Source: Clostridia bacterium (GTDB taxonomy: Bacteria; Bacillota; Clostridia; Oscillospirales; Acutalibacteraceae). Taken from it: 64,000 nt of DNA. Under the pieces are notes generated by a model, which saw only the letters and a program-made list of their open reading frames with translations, made no database searches and was not told the DNA's origin. The translations under genes were made by a program, and so were the position numbers. Position 1 is the stretch's first letter; each line of letters starts with the position of its first letter. The DNA lies in contig JAFRMR010000007.1 of NCBI GenBank assembly GCA_017430535.1, positions 61,817 to 125,816 on the forward strand. The letters are read 5' to 3'. Positions 41,671 to 51,313 of the stretch are shown one piece after another.

Positions 41671-41776
41671 AACGAATTCAATAAATATCTCAAAATCGTT
41701 GCATTTTTTTAGAAAATGATATAAAATAATCAAATATAAAATTCAAGTATAATAATCCTACTGTTTCGGAGGGAAA

Positions 41777-43249
41777 ATGAGCGTTTCCAATAAAGTGAGA
41801 AAACCGGATAAAATTCTTTCCGTAATCCTCGGCGCTTTGCTTACGGGCTTTATGTGGCGCTTCAGGGGCACTCACGGCTTCGGCGCTTTCTGGGGCCTTG
41901 TGTGTGTCGGCTCAATGGTTACGCTGCTTATCTTCGCTTTTTACGGCAACCGTTCAAAAATGAAATTTGAGCTTATACCTATAGGCGCGCTAATGATGGG
42001 TATTACCGTGCCGGCCTGGGGCGCAGTTGTGAATATGCCCGGGGGCAGGATTACAAGCGTTGCCGCCTTTGCAGGTGAAGCTGCTGAGCGAACAGGGGAG
42101 ATAGGTCAGCTTTCAGGCACGGCATTTATGCTTATGCTTGGTTTCGGTCTTGTCTGCCTTTACGGAATCTTTGCCGGCACATTGTTTTCAAAACGGGATT
42201 ATAAAATATATCACTATATTATTTTTGTTGCCGTTTTCTTTGCCGCTGTTTATATTGCAAAAGCCACATTTGCCCACATTGTTCTCCGCCGCCTTGCTCC
42301 CGAAATCGCTTCCGGTTTCAGCGCAGGCCTTCGTGATAACGGCATAAACCTTTCATGGCGTGAAGCTTATCTTGCCCACTTTGATAATATGTCCTGGGCT
42401 AAAAAGATACCCTTCGGCAGGTATTATTATGAGTGCATTGAGCATATAGCTTACTGCTTTGCTTCCCTTGTGCTTTTGCTTACGGCACTTATCTGTTTTA
42501 AAGATAGAATCACCGCTCTTGTTTCTCTCGGAGTTAATCTGTTTGCCGCTCTTGCAATAACGGTTTCCGATTATTTCAACATCTGCGGATTTGATACAAG
42601 CTTTCTGAGCAAGGTAAATATTCCTTCATTTCTCAGAGTAACAAGCTGGTCACTTTGGGAGTTTTTCACGGGGCTGATTCTCGGCTTCGGCATAATGTTT
42701 ATTCTCGCCCTTCTTCCTGGAAGAATATCCGCCGGCAAAAAATACAGAAGCGAGCCCTATATAAGCAACAGATTATTCAGACTGGTATTCAATTTTATAG
42801 CTTTTGTGTTTGTGTTTATTGTAATTCCCGTCAGGGCTCTTACGCTTAAGCTTACCCGCAATGCACTTGAGTACGGTATAATTAAATCCGAAGATACTGT
42901 TTCCGTTATTTTTATTGCCGCAGTATCGGCTGTAATTGCTCTCTCACTTTTCGGCGTGTTCAGAAAAAATCTTTACAGCAAAAACCTGCCCGTTCCCTTC
43001 AGAGTGAAACCGGCAGATTACGCTGTTAAAGCTCTTGGCTTTTATTCTGTTTATTACGGAGCAGTGTATTTCCTTACTGGAGATGCTCCCCTTGTGAGGC
43101 TGGTTTACAGAGCGGTTAAAATCCCGGAGGCTTTCCCTTCTGTTCTTTTATCCGGAGATTTCGTTTCCTTCCCCGTGGTATTTGCAGCCTTTATGCTGTT
43201 TGTATTGCTGTATTTTATTTACAGAAAACGATATTTCTCAAATCGCTGA
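41777..43249 (+). CDS. polytopic membrane protein of unknown function (490 aa)
   Basis: About 12 or more hydrophobic segments. No motif I can assign. GGAGGG RBS before the ATG. Confidence 0.6.
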   Translation: MSVSNKVRKPDKILSVILGALLTGFMWRFRGTHGFGAFWGLVCVGSMVTLLIFAFYGNRSKMKFELIPIGALMMGITVPAWGAVVNMPGGRITSVAAFAGEAAERTGEIGQLSGTAFMLMLGFGLVCLYGIFAGTLFSKRDYKIYHYIIFVAVFFAAVYIAKATFAHIVLRRLAPEIASGFSAGLRDNGINLSWREAYLAHFDNMSWAKKIPFGRYYYECIEHIAYCFASLVLLLTALICFKDRITALVSLGVNLFAALAITVSDYFNICGFDTSFLSKVNIPSFLRVTSWSLWEFFTGLILGFGIMFILALLPGRISAGKKYRSEPYISNRLFRLVFNFIAFVFVFIVIPVRALTLKLTRNALEYGIIKSEDTVSVIFIAAVSAVIALSLFGVFRKNLYSKNLPVPFRVKPADYAVKALGFYSVYYGAVYFLTGDAPLVRLVYRAVKIPEAFPSVLLSGDFVSFPVVFAAFMLFVLLYFIYRKRYFSNR

Positions 43250-43871
43250 TATCATCCGCAATAAAATCCGCCCCTGCTGCAATCAGCTCTTCTGCTGTAC
43301 CGTAGCCGTAGGTTACACCGGCACTTTTTACTCCGGCGGCAGTTGCCCCTTCAATATCATATTTACGGTCGCCGACCATAAGAGTTTCTTCTTTGCTTAC
43401 GGCAAGCACTTTTACGGCACCGTTTATCATTTCTTCTTTGCTCATTTTTGCTCCGTCTTTTCCGGGGCAGGAAATGCATGATACTTTTTCTCTGAGCCCG
43501 TAGTGCTCAAGTATTTTGATTACAAAAGGCGCGGGCTTTGATGAGCATACGGCTGTTTTAATTCCCACATTTTTCAGCTCATCAAAAAGGTCAATAATAC
43601 CTTCGTAAAACTCCAGGTGCAGCATACTGCCCTTGTTGTATTGTTCTCTGTATTTCATAATTGCAAATTCCGCCTCCTCCGGGCTGCAGCCCACAAGAGA
43701 GGTAAAGGAATCAAACAGGGGAGGGCCGATAAACATTCGCCTTTTTTCTTCGGTCAGTTTCGGCTTGCCCAGAGATTCGCAGGCGTAATCAAGGCATTCA
43801 AATATACCTTTGCCGGTGTCAGCAATTGTGCCGTCAAAATCAAATAGCACGGCAGAGAATTTATAAGGCAT
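43215..43871 (-). CDS. HAD-superfamily hydrolase (phosphoglycolate phosphatase-like)
   Basis: Motif I VLFDFDGTIADT and motif IV MVGDRKYDIEGA. Start set at MPYKF (43871), 7 nt after AAGGAGA. Confidence 0.85.
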   Translation of the reverse strand: MPYKFSAVLFDFDGTIADTGKGIFECLDYACESLGKPKLTEEKRRMFIGPPLFDSFTSLVGCSPEEAEFAIMKYREQYNKGSMLHLEFYEGIIDLFDELKNVGIKTAVCSSKPAPFVIKILEHYGLREKVSCISCPGKDGAKMSKEEMINGAVKVLAVSKEETLMVGDRKYDIEGATAAGVKSAGVTYGYGTAEELIAAGADFIADDISDLRNIVFCK

Positions 43872-43940
43872 ATCCATTCTCCTTTCCCGGGCAAAGTATA
43901 TCATACAATATATTATATTTCAACCATACGAGGTGTCCGC

Positions 43941-45122
43941 ATGAATTACAGATTTTCAGATCCCGTGGCAGGCCTTAAGCCTTCCGCAATAAGAGAAATT
44001 CTTAAAAACTCCGGGGATACAATCCCTCTTTCCGCAGGCAATCCGGCCCCCGATGCTTTTCCGGTTTCGGATGTTAAAGAGATTACTGCAAAGATACTTG
44101 AGGAGGAACCAATACTTGCCCTGCAGTACGGCGTTACCGAGGGTTACGATCCCCTTATTGCCGAGCTTACAAAACTTGCTCATGAGCACTATGGCGTAGG
44201 TACCGATAATGACAGTATCATTGTTGTAAGCGGAGCTACCCAGATTATGAGCCTTGTTTCCCAGGTTTTCCTTAACCCCGGTGATACGGTTATCTGTGAA
44301 GAGCCTTCGTTTATCGGTTCCCTTAACTGTTTCAGGGCTCACGGCGCCAGGCTTGTGGGCGTTCCCGTAGAGAGCGACGGCATTGATGTTGACGCCCTTG
44401 AGGAAACCCTAAAAAAAGAATCCGGCGCAAAGTTCATATACACAATTCCCAATTTCCAGAACCCATCCGGAGCTACAATGTCTTTTGAAAAAAGAAAAAG
44501 AATGTATGCCCTTGCCCGCCAATACGGTGTGCTGATTCTTGAGGATAATCCTTACGGCGATCTGAGAGTTGCAGGGGACGATGTTCCTGCAATCAAGAGC
44601 CTGGATACCGACGGTCTTGTTATTTATGCTGGCTCCTTCTCAAAGATTATTGCCCCCGGTATCAGAGTTGGTTTTGTGGTTTCACCTTCCGAGATTTCCG
44701 CAAAGCTTACCGTTGCAAAGCAGACTCAGGATGTTCATACCACAATGCTTTCCCAGCTTCTTGTTTACAAATGGCTTAAAGCCGGCAAAATTGAAGATCA
44801 TATCAAGAAGATTAAAGATATTTACCGCAGGAAGCTTAACCTTATGTGTGACAGTATGGATGCTCAGCTTTCGGATTACCTTACCTATCACCGCCCCGAA
44901 GGCGGCCTGTTTGTGTGGGCAAAGCTTAATAAGGGCATCGATATGATTGATTATGTTAAAACCGCCTCCAAAAACGGTGTATCTGTTGTGCCCGGCAACG
45001 CTTTTCTTATTGATTCATCCGCTCCTTGCGATTATATACGGCTTAATTTTTCCACTCCTTCCGATGAAGGCATAGTTGAGGGGATTAAACTGCTTAAAGA
45101 AACTGCGGAAAAAATGAGGTGA
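43941..45122 (+). CDS. PLP-dependent aminotransferase, class I/II (AspC/2-aminoadipate transaminase-like)
   Basis: PLP-lysine region SFSKIIAPGIRVG, NPSG, LILEDNPYGDL. Confidence 0.85.
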   Translation: MNYRFSDPVAGLKPSAIREILKNSGDTIPLSAGNPAPDAFPVSDVKEITAKILEEEPILALQYGVTEGYDPLIAELTKLAHEHYGVGTDNDSIIVVSGATQIMSLVSQVFLNPGDTVICEEPSFIGSLNCFRAHGARLVGVPVESDGIDVDALEETLKKESGAKFIYTIPNFQNPSGATMSFEKRKRMYALARQYGVLILEDNPYGDLRVAGDDVPAIKSLDTDGLVIYAGSFSKIIAPGIRVGFVVSPSEISAKLTVAKQTQDVHTTMLSQLLVYKWLKAGKIEDHIKKIKDIYRRKLNLMCDSMDAQLSDYLTYHRPEGGLFVWAKLNKGIDMIDYVKTASKNGVSVVPGNAFLIDSSAPCDYIRLNFSTPSDEGIVEGIKLLKETAEKMR

Positions 45123-45126
45123 CATA

Positions 45127-46134
45127 ATGGAAAATACAGAAAAAAGGCCTGTGGTATTAAGCTGCATTCAGCCCACATCAATACCCACCCTGGGCAACTA
45201 CCTGGGCGCCCTTAAAAACTGGAAGGAAATGAGCAGGTCAAATGACTGCCTTTATGCCGTTGCCGATTTGCACGCCCTTACGGTTCACCCCGAGCCCTCA
45301 AAGCTCCGCGCACAGATTCTTGAAATGTATGCAATACTCCTTGCCGTGGGCCTTGACCCCGAAGAGAGTATCGTGTTTATTCAGAGCCATGTGCCTGCTC
45401 ATGCAGAGCTTGCCTGGATTCTTAACTGCTACACAATGTTCGGCGAGGCTTCAAGAATGACCCAGTTCAAGGATAAATCACAGAAACACGCCGATAATAT
45501 AAATGTAGGCCTCTTTGATTACCCCGTGCTTATGGCGGCGGATATTCTTCTTTATCAGGCAAACTTTGTGCCTATCGGTGCCGACCAGAAGCAGCACCTT
45601 GAAATAGCCCGTGATATTGCCGAAAGGTTCAATAATTTAAGGGGTAATACTTTCACACTTCCTGAGCCGTATATCGGCAAGCTTGGGGCAAAGGTTATGT
45701 CTCTTCAGGATCCCACCCAGAAGATGTCCAAGAGCGATCCCAACCCCAAAGCCTCAATTTCAATCCTTGATACCCCTGATGTGATTATGAAAAAGTTCAA
45801 ATCCGCCGTTACGGATTCCGAGGCGGTTGTAAGGTACGGTGAGGGGAAGGACGGCATTAACAATCTTATGGCCATTTACTCCTGCTGCACCGGCCTGGAT
45901 TTTGAAAAGATTGAGAGCGAATTTGCCGGCAAAGGCTACGGCGATTTCAAAGTTAAGGTTGCCGAAGCTGTTATTGAGGAGCTCAGACCGGTTCGTGAAA
46001 ACTTTGATAATCTTATGAAAGATAAAGATTATCTTCTCAGAACCGCTGCAGAGGGCGCCGATAAAGCAGCCCGCATAGCTTACAGAACCCTTGCCAAAGC
46101 AAAAAAGAAAGTCGGCTTACTGTCGGTTAATTAA
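45127..46134 (+). CDS. trpS: tryptophan--tRNA ligase
   Basis: Class I motifs TLGNYLGA (HIGH-equivalent) and KMSKS. 335 aa. Confidence 0.95.
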   Translation: MENTEKRPVVLSCIQPTSIPTLGNYLGALKNWKEMSRSNDCLYAVADLHALTVHPEPSKLRAQILEMYAILLAVGLDPEESIVFIQSHVPAHAELAWILNCYTMFGEASRMTQFKDKSQKHADNINVGLFDYPVLMAADILLYQANFVPIGADQKQHLEIARDIAERFNNLRGNTFTLPEPYIGKLGAKVMSLQDPTQKMSKSDPNPKASISILDTPDVIMKKFKSAVTDSEAVVRYGEGKDGINNLMAIYSCCTGLDFEKIESEFAGKGYGDFKVKVAEAVIEELRPVRENFDNLMKDKDYLLRTAAEGADKAARIAYRTLAKAKKKVGLLSVN

Positions 46135-46171
46135 ACAAGTTAAGAATTGTTTATACAGGGTAAATTGATAT

Positions 46172-46224
46172 TTTGCATAAAAATTCAAAACGCACTTGAT
46201 TTTCTGAATATTTATGCATATAAT
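46172..46224 (+). promoter_or_regulatory. argG promoter with two ARG boxes
   Basis: TTTGCATAAAAATTCAAA (46172-46189) and TCTGAATATTTATGCATA (46203-46220) each match 17/18 positions of TNTGAATWWWWATTCANW. TTGATT (46196-46201), 17 nt, TATAAT (46219-46224). Confidence 0.7.
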
Positions 46225-46253
46225 ACTACAAAAAATGAAAGGATATGATTCCG

Positions 46254-47480
46254 ATGAAAGATATAAAGAAAGTTGTACTTGCATACTCAGGCGGCCTTGA
46301 CACATCCATTATCATTCCCTGGTTAAAAGAGAATTACAATAACTGTGAGGTTATTGCAGTATCCGGCGATGTAGGTCAGGGCACCGAGCTTGACGGCCTT
46401 GAAGAGAAGGCAATTAAAACCGGCGCATCAAAACTGTATATTATGGACCTCAAAGAGGAATTTGTAAATGATTACATTTTCCCCACCCTCAAAGCCGGCG
46501 CTGTTTATGAAAAGCAGTACCTTCTCGGTACCTCTTTTGCCCGCCCCATTATTGCCAAGCGTCTTGTTGAAATCGCAAAGGCAGAGGGCGCAGATGCAAT
46601 CTGCCACGGCTGCACAGGCAAGGGCAACGATCAGGTCCGTTTTGAGCTTGCCATAAAGGCTTTTGCCCCCGAAATGGCAATTATCGCCCCCTGGAGAATC
46701 TGGAGTATCAAATCCCGTGAAGAAGAGATTGAATACGCAGAAGCGCACAATATTCCCTTAAGAATAAATCGCGAAACCAACTATTCCAAGGATAAGAACC
46801 TCTGGCATCTGAGCCATGAGGGCCTTGACCTTGAGGATCCCGCCAATGAGCCACAGTATCAGAAACCCGGCTTCCTTGAAATGGGCGTCAGCCCCGAGCA
46901 GGCTCCTGATACCGATACCTATATTACCCTTCATTTTGAAAAGGGTGTTCCCGTTTCTGTTGACGGTAAAGAAATGGGCGGCGTTGAACTTATTGAATAC
47001 CTTAACGATATCGGCGGCAAAAACGGCATAGGCCTCAATGACCTTGTTGAAAACCGCCTTGTAGGCATGAAATCAAGGGGTGTTTACGAAAACCCCGCCG
47101 GCGCTATCCTTTTCAAGGCTCATGAGATTCTTGAAACCCTTACTCTGGACAGAGAAACAATGCACTATAAAGAGCTGGTTGCCCATAAGTTTGCCGAGCT
47201 TGTTTATTTCGGCCAGTGGTACACTCCTCTCAGAGAGGCTATTTCCGCTTTTGTGGACAGCACCCAGCAGACCTGCACCGGCGATGTAAAGCTTAAGCTC
47301 TACAAGGGCAATATCATCAATGCCGGTGTAACATCTCCCTATTCGCTTTACAGCGAAGATTTTGCCACCTTTGATGCCGATGATGTTTATGATCAGAAGG
47401 ATTCCGCAGGTTTTATAAACCTGTTCGGCCTTCCCATCAAAGTTAAGGCAATTCTTGATGCCGAGCGCGGCAATAAATAA
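46254..47480 (+). CDS. argG: argininosuccinate synthase
   Basis: [11 protein letters not shown]-loop. Start at MKDIKK (46254), 10 nt after AAAGGA. Confidence 0.96.
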   Translation: MKDIKKVVLAYSGGLDTSIIIPWLKENYNNCEVIAVSGDVGQGTELDGLEEKAIKTGASKLYIMDLKEEFVNDYIFPTLKAGAVYEKQYLLGTSFARPIIAKRLVEIAKAEGADAICHGCTGKGNDQVRFELAIKAFAPEMAIIAPWRIWSIKSREEEIEYAEAHNIPLRINRETNYSKDKNLWHLSHEGLDLEDPANEPQYQKPGFLEMGVSPEQAPDTDTYITLHFEKGVPVSVDGKEMGGVELIEYLNDIGGKNGIGLNDLVENRLVGMKSRGVYENPAGAILFKAHEILETLTLDRETMHYKELVAHKFAELVYFGQWYTPLREAISAFVDSTQQTCTGDVKLKLYKGNIINAGVTSPYSLYSEDFATFDADDVYDQKDSAGFINLFGLPIKVKAILDAERGNK

Positions 47481-47515
47481 AAGCTTTCCGTCCGTATTGA
47501 AAACGAGGTAATTAT

Positions 47516-48823
47516 ATGAAACTCTGGGCAGGAAGATTTTCCAAAGAAATCGATAAAAAAACAAATGACTTCAATTCTTCCATATCCGTTGATTCACGCA
47601 TGTATGAGCAGGATATTGAGGGCAGTATTGCCCATGTCGCAATGCTTGCAAAGCAGGGCATAATTTCTGCAGAGGACGGCAAAAAGATAAAGCAGGGCCT
47701 TCTCGGCATAAAGGAAGATATAGCTTCAGGCGCGCTGCCTGTTGACCCGGATGCCGAGGATATACACACCTTTGTTGAGCAGAACCTTACCCAAAGAATA
47801 GGTGATGCAGGCAAGCGGCTGCATACAGGCCGCAGCAGGAATGATCAGGTTGCCCTTGATATACGCCTTTATCTGCGTAAAGAGTGCGATGAACTTCTGA
47901 AGCTTCTTGCCGATTTTTCCGAAACTCTTGATAAAAAGGGAGAGGAATATGCAGGAGCCATTATGCCCGGCTATACCCACCTTCAGCGGGCGCAGCCCAT
48001 CACTTTCAAAGCCCATCTTTCCGCCTATAAGGAAATGCTGGCAAGGGATATAGGCAGGGTAACGGATGCTCAGAAGAGGATGAATGTTTCACCCTTAGGC
48101 AGCGGAGCTCTGGCCGGTACCACTTATCCTGTAGACAGAGCCTTTACCGCAGAGCTTCTCGGTTTTGATACATTTTCCGCCAGCACTCTTGACGGAGTAT
48201 CCGACAGAGACTTTTGTATTGAGCTTGCCGCGGCGCTTTCACTTATAATGGTCCACCTTTCCCGTCTGAGCGAGGAGATTATCCTCTGGTGCTCCTGGGA
48301 GTTCAAGTTTGCCGAGCTTGACGATGCATTTTCCACCGGCTCAAGCATTATGCCCCAGAAAAAGAACCCGGATATCACGGAGCTTGTAAGGGGCAAAAGC
48401 GGCAGAGTATTCGGCGACCTTATGACTCTGCTTACGGTTATGAAGGGCCTGCCTCTTGCTTATAACAAAGATATGCAGGAGGATAAGGAGGCAATCTTTG
48501 ATGCCTTTGATACGGTGAAAATCTGCCTCACAACTCTTATTCCTATGGTTGATACAATGCGTATGATTCCCAAAAATATGCGTAAGGCCGCCGCAGGCGG
48601 ATTCATTAACGCCACGGATTGCGCCGATTATCTTGTATCAAAGGGTTTACCCTTCAGGGATGCTTACAAAGCTACAGGTGAGGCAGTTGCCCTGTGCATA
48701 AAAACAGGCGAAACTCTTGAAAGCCTGCCCCTGAGCGAATACAAAAACATTTGTGACCTCTTTGACGAAGGTGTTTATGAAGCCATAAAACTTGAAAATT
48801 GTGTAAAAAACAGGGGAATGTAA
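47516..48823 (+). CDS. argH: argininosuccinate lyase
   Basis: GRSRNDQV and the fumarate-lyase signature GSSIMPQKKNP. Confidence 0.96.
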   Translation: MKLWAGRFSKEIDKKTNDFNSSISVDSRMYEQDIEGSIAHVAMLAKQGIISAEDGKKIKQGLLGIKEDIASGALPVDPDAEDIHTFVEQNLTQRIGDAGKRLHTGRSRNDQVALDIRLYLRKECDELLKLLADFSETLDKKGEEYAGAIMPGYTHLQRAQPITFKAHLSAYKEMLARDIGRVTDAQKRMNVSPLGSGALAGTTYPVDRAFTAELLGFDTFSASTLDGVSDRDFCIELAAALSLIMVHLSRLSEEIILWCSWEFKFAELDDAFSTGSSIMPQKKNPDITELVRGKSGRVFGDLMTLLTVMKGLPLAYNKDMQEDKEAIFDAFDTVKICLTTLIPMVDTMRMIPKNMRKAAAGGFINATDCADYLVSKGLPFRDAYKATGEAVALCIKTGETLESLPLSEYKNICDLFDEGVYEAIKLENCVKNRGM

Positions 48824-48829
48824 TTAAAT

Positions 48830-48866
48830 AAAAGCCGGAGCACTCATCCGAGTGCTCCGGCTTTTA
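48830..48866 (+). terminator. argH intrinsic terminator
   Basis: AAAAGCCGGAGCACTC-atcc-GAGTGCTCCGGCTTTT. Confidence 0.9.
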
Positions 48867-48989
48867 TTAAAATTGAATTTGCTTTAATTACCCATCTGTA
48901 AACTTTAAGTAAAAAAATTATACAATTATTGTATTTTTGTTTCATATATTCTATAATATAATCGTAATTAAATTCACGGAGGTAGTATT

Positions 48990-49565
48990 GTGAAAAAGGC
49001 AATCACCATTATTCTTATTATCGCCATTGTTGCCGGCGCAGCTACTGGCGCTGCGGTTTATTTTCTGAAAAACAAACCCGGCACAAATAAAGCGGAGGTC
49101 ACAATCGGCGCAAAATTTGCTGAGGTTACCGACGGCTACAGCCTTTTTGAATATCTGGATAAAAACCCCGAAAGGTATGAAACCGCTCTTGTTGAGCATT
49201 ACGGTATGGATGAGGCAACAAGAGAACGCCTGCTGAATGAACCCGAGGAGTGGCTAGCCCTCTTCCTGTTTATTGATATTGAAAACCCCAATGACGAGGA
49301 GATTCTTGTTGAATCCCTTGATATCCCCGATAACGGCAAAAACGGCGTGTATATTCAGACCGCCCTTGACGGTACCTATGTGCTGGAGCCCAATAACACC
49401 ACCCAGATTTGCGCCAATGTGTTTGTTGATACAAACGAACCCTCCTATGATGAAGTGTTTTCAATGATAAAAGAGATGAAGCTATATATTAAATACGCTC
49501 CCGTTCCGGCAGATATTGCGGACCTGACCGAAGATGATTATTATAAAGTAAGGATTGCGGAGTAA
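48990..49565 (+). CDS. N-terminally membrane-anchored hypothetical protein
   Basis: GTG start behind GGAGGT. TM helix ITIILIIAIVAGAATGAAVYF. Acidic soluble domain with no recognisable family. Confidence 0.55.
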   Translation: MKKAITIILIIAIVAGAATGAAVYFLKNKPGTNKAEVTIGAKFAEVTDGYSLFEYLDKNPERYETALVEHYGMDEATRERLLNEPEEWLALFLFIDIENPNDEEILVESLDIPDNGKNGVYIQTALDGTYVLEPNNTTQICANVFVDTNEPSYDEVFSMIKEMKLYIKYAPVPADIADLTEDDYYKVRIAE

Positions 49566-49568
49566 TCT

Positions 49569-50180
49569 ATGTTTTTTCACAGAAAAAGTAAATCTGCAGT
49601 TGCTCCGGGTCCACCGGAGTATATAATAGCGGGCCTCGGGAATCCCGGAGCGAAATATGAAACCACAAGGCACAATACGGGCTTTATGTTTCTTGACCTG
49701 CTTGCGGACAGATTAGATGTTAAAATAAACAAAATTCAGTTCAAGGGCCTTACGGGCGTTGCCGTAATAAACGGGCATAAGTGCCTGCTTCTTAAGCCCC
49801 AGACTTTTATGAATAACAGCGGCGAAAGCCTGAAACAGGCATCATCTTTCTATAAGATTCCGCCTGAAAGAATTATTGTGGTGTTTGATGATATTTCTCT
49901 TGACTGCGGCAAGCTGCGCATAAGGCGCAAGGGTACCGACGGCGGCCATAACGGCATAAAGAGCATTATTTATCACCTTAATTCCGATAATTTTCCCCGT
50001 ATTAAAGTGGGAGTGGGGCAAAAGCCCCATGAGGATTACGACCTTGTGGACTGGGTTCTCTCCTCTTTCAGCAAGGATGACCTTGCGGCAATGCGCTCAG
50101 CCTGCGAGGATGCCGTAGGCGCAGTTGAACTTATGGTATGCGGAGAGATTGACAAAGCCATGAATTCCTACAACAGCTGA
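49569..50180 (+). CDS. pth: peptidyl-tRNA hydrolase (with ~18-aa N-terminal extension)
   Basis: GLGNPGAKYETTRHNTGF and GHNGIKS motifs. No alternative in-frame ATG before the conserved core. Confidence 0.92.
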   Translation: MFFHRKSKSAVAPGPPEYIIAGLGNPGAKYETTRHNTGFMFLDLLADRLDVKINKIQFKGLTGVAVINGHKCLLLKPQTFMNNSGESLKQASSFYKIPPERIIVVFDDISLDCGKLRIRRKGTDGGHNGIKSIIYHLNSDNFPRIKVGVGQKPHEDYDLVDWVLSSFSKDDLAAMRSACEDAVGAVELMVCGEIDKAMNSYNS

Positions 50181-50206
50181 TATTTTACTGAACAGACGGT
50201 GATTGA

Positions 50207-50722
50207 TTGGCAACATTGAATATAGTGCTCGTTGAGCCTCAGATTCCGCAGAATACCGGCAACATTGCTCGCACCTGCTCCGCCACAGGAGCCCGGCTTC
50301 ACCTTGTGGGGCCTATGGGTTTCAGAGTTGATGATGCAAAGCTTAAAAGGGCGGGCCTTGACTACTGGCATCTGCTTGATATTACATATTATGACAGTTG
50401 GGATGAGTTTACCCTCAAAAATCCGGAAGCGGAGATGTTCTTTTTCTCCACCAAGGCGGAAAAGGCGCACTCCGATATCTCTTACCCCGACGGCTGTTAT
50501 CTTGTTTTCGGCAAGGAGACGGCCGGGCTGCCCGAAAAACTGCTTTTTGACAACCCATCCCGCTGTATCAGAATCCCAATGATTCATAATCCGGATGCAA
50601 GAAGCCTTAACCTTTCAAATTCCGTAGCCGTAGGCGTTTATGAGGTGCTACGGCAGTGGAATTACCCGGATTTGCTTATAAAAGGCAAGCTCACAAAATT
50701 TGACTGGAGTGATTCAAAGTGA
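50207..50722 (+). CDS. trmL: tRNA (cytidine/uridine(34)-2'-O)-methyltransferase, SpoU/TrmL family
   Basis: LNIVLVEPQIPQNTGNIARTC N terminus and the SLNLSNSVAV knot motif. TTG start. Confidence 0.88.
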   Translation: MATLNIVLVEPQIPQNTGNIARTCSATGARLHLVGPMGFRVDDAKLKRAGLDYWHLLDITYYDSWDEFTLKNPEAEMFFFSTKAEKAHSDISYPDGCYLVFGKETAGLPEKLLFDNPSRCIRIPMIHNPDARSLNLSNSVAVGVYEVLRQWNYPDLLIKGKLTKFDWSDSK

Positions 50723-51297
50723 TTTGTTTTAACTCAAAGATTAAAAGAATTGTTTCCGCTCTGCTTGCGGCGGTTCTTGTTTTATGCGCCGCCGGCTGTG
50801 CCGCTCCCCCTACAGAAAAGGTAACAACCGCAACGGAATACCACAAGGTAGTGGACAGGTTCGTTACCCGGGCGCAGACCGAAAAACAGACAGAAACTAC
50901 TTCGGAAAAATCTTCGGACATTAAAGAAACCAAGCCGGTATCACAGGCAGATACCCAGCCGGAAAACGGCAAAGAGAGTGATGTGGAGTTTTCCCTTAAT
51001 TCTTATTACAAGTACGGCGAAAATTACGCATCAATTTCAAATATACAGATTGATAATTCCGATATATCGGTAAACGCAAAGTGCAGCGCCGATGTAAAGA
51101 TGATTTACATAGGCGAGCGCAGTAAAAATATGCTTATAGGTATCAAGGCCTATAACGCAAAAGATGAGATAGTAAGAGATACCTATATACTTATTCCTCT
51201 TAAAGGCGTTAGGAACGGTAAAACCGTTGAAAATATACGGTTTGATATACCCTATGAAGCAGTCAGGGTAGAGTTCTTTGATTATGTGAAATCTTGA
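50719..51297 (+). CDS. lipoprotein of unknown function
   Basis: Lipobox LCAAGC after a hydrophobic leader. GTG start overlapping the trmL stop (GTGA). Confidence 0.55.
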   Translation: MICFNSKIKRIVSALLAAVLVLCAAGCAAPPTEKVTTATEYHKVVDRFVTRAQTEKQTETTSEKSSDIKETKPVSQADTQPENGKESDVEFSLNSYYKYGENYASISNIQIDNSDISVNAKCSADVKMIYIGERSKNMLIGIKAYNAKDEIVRDTYILIPLKGVRNGKTVENIRFDIPYEAVRVEFFDYVKS

Positions 51298-51313
51298 TAA
51301 GGAAGCTGATTTT

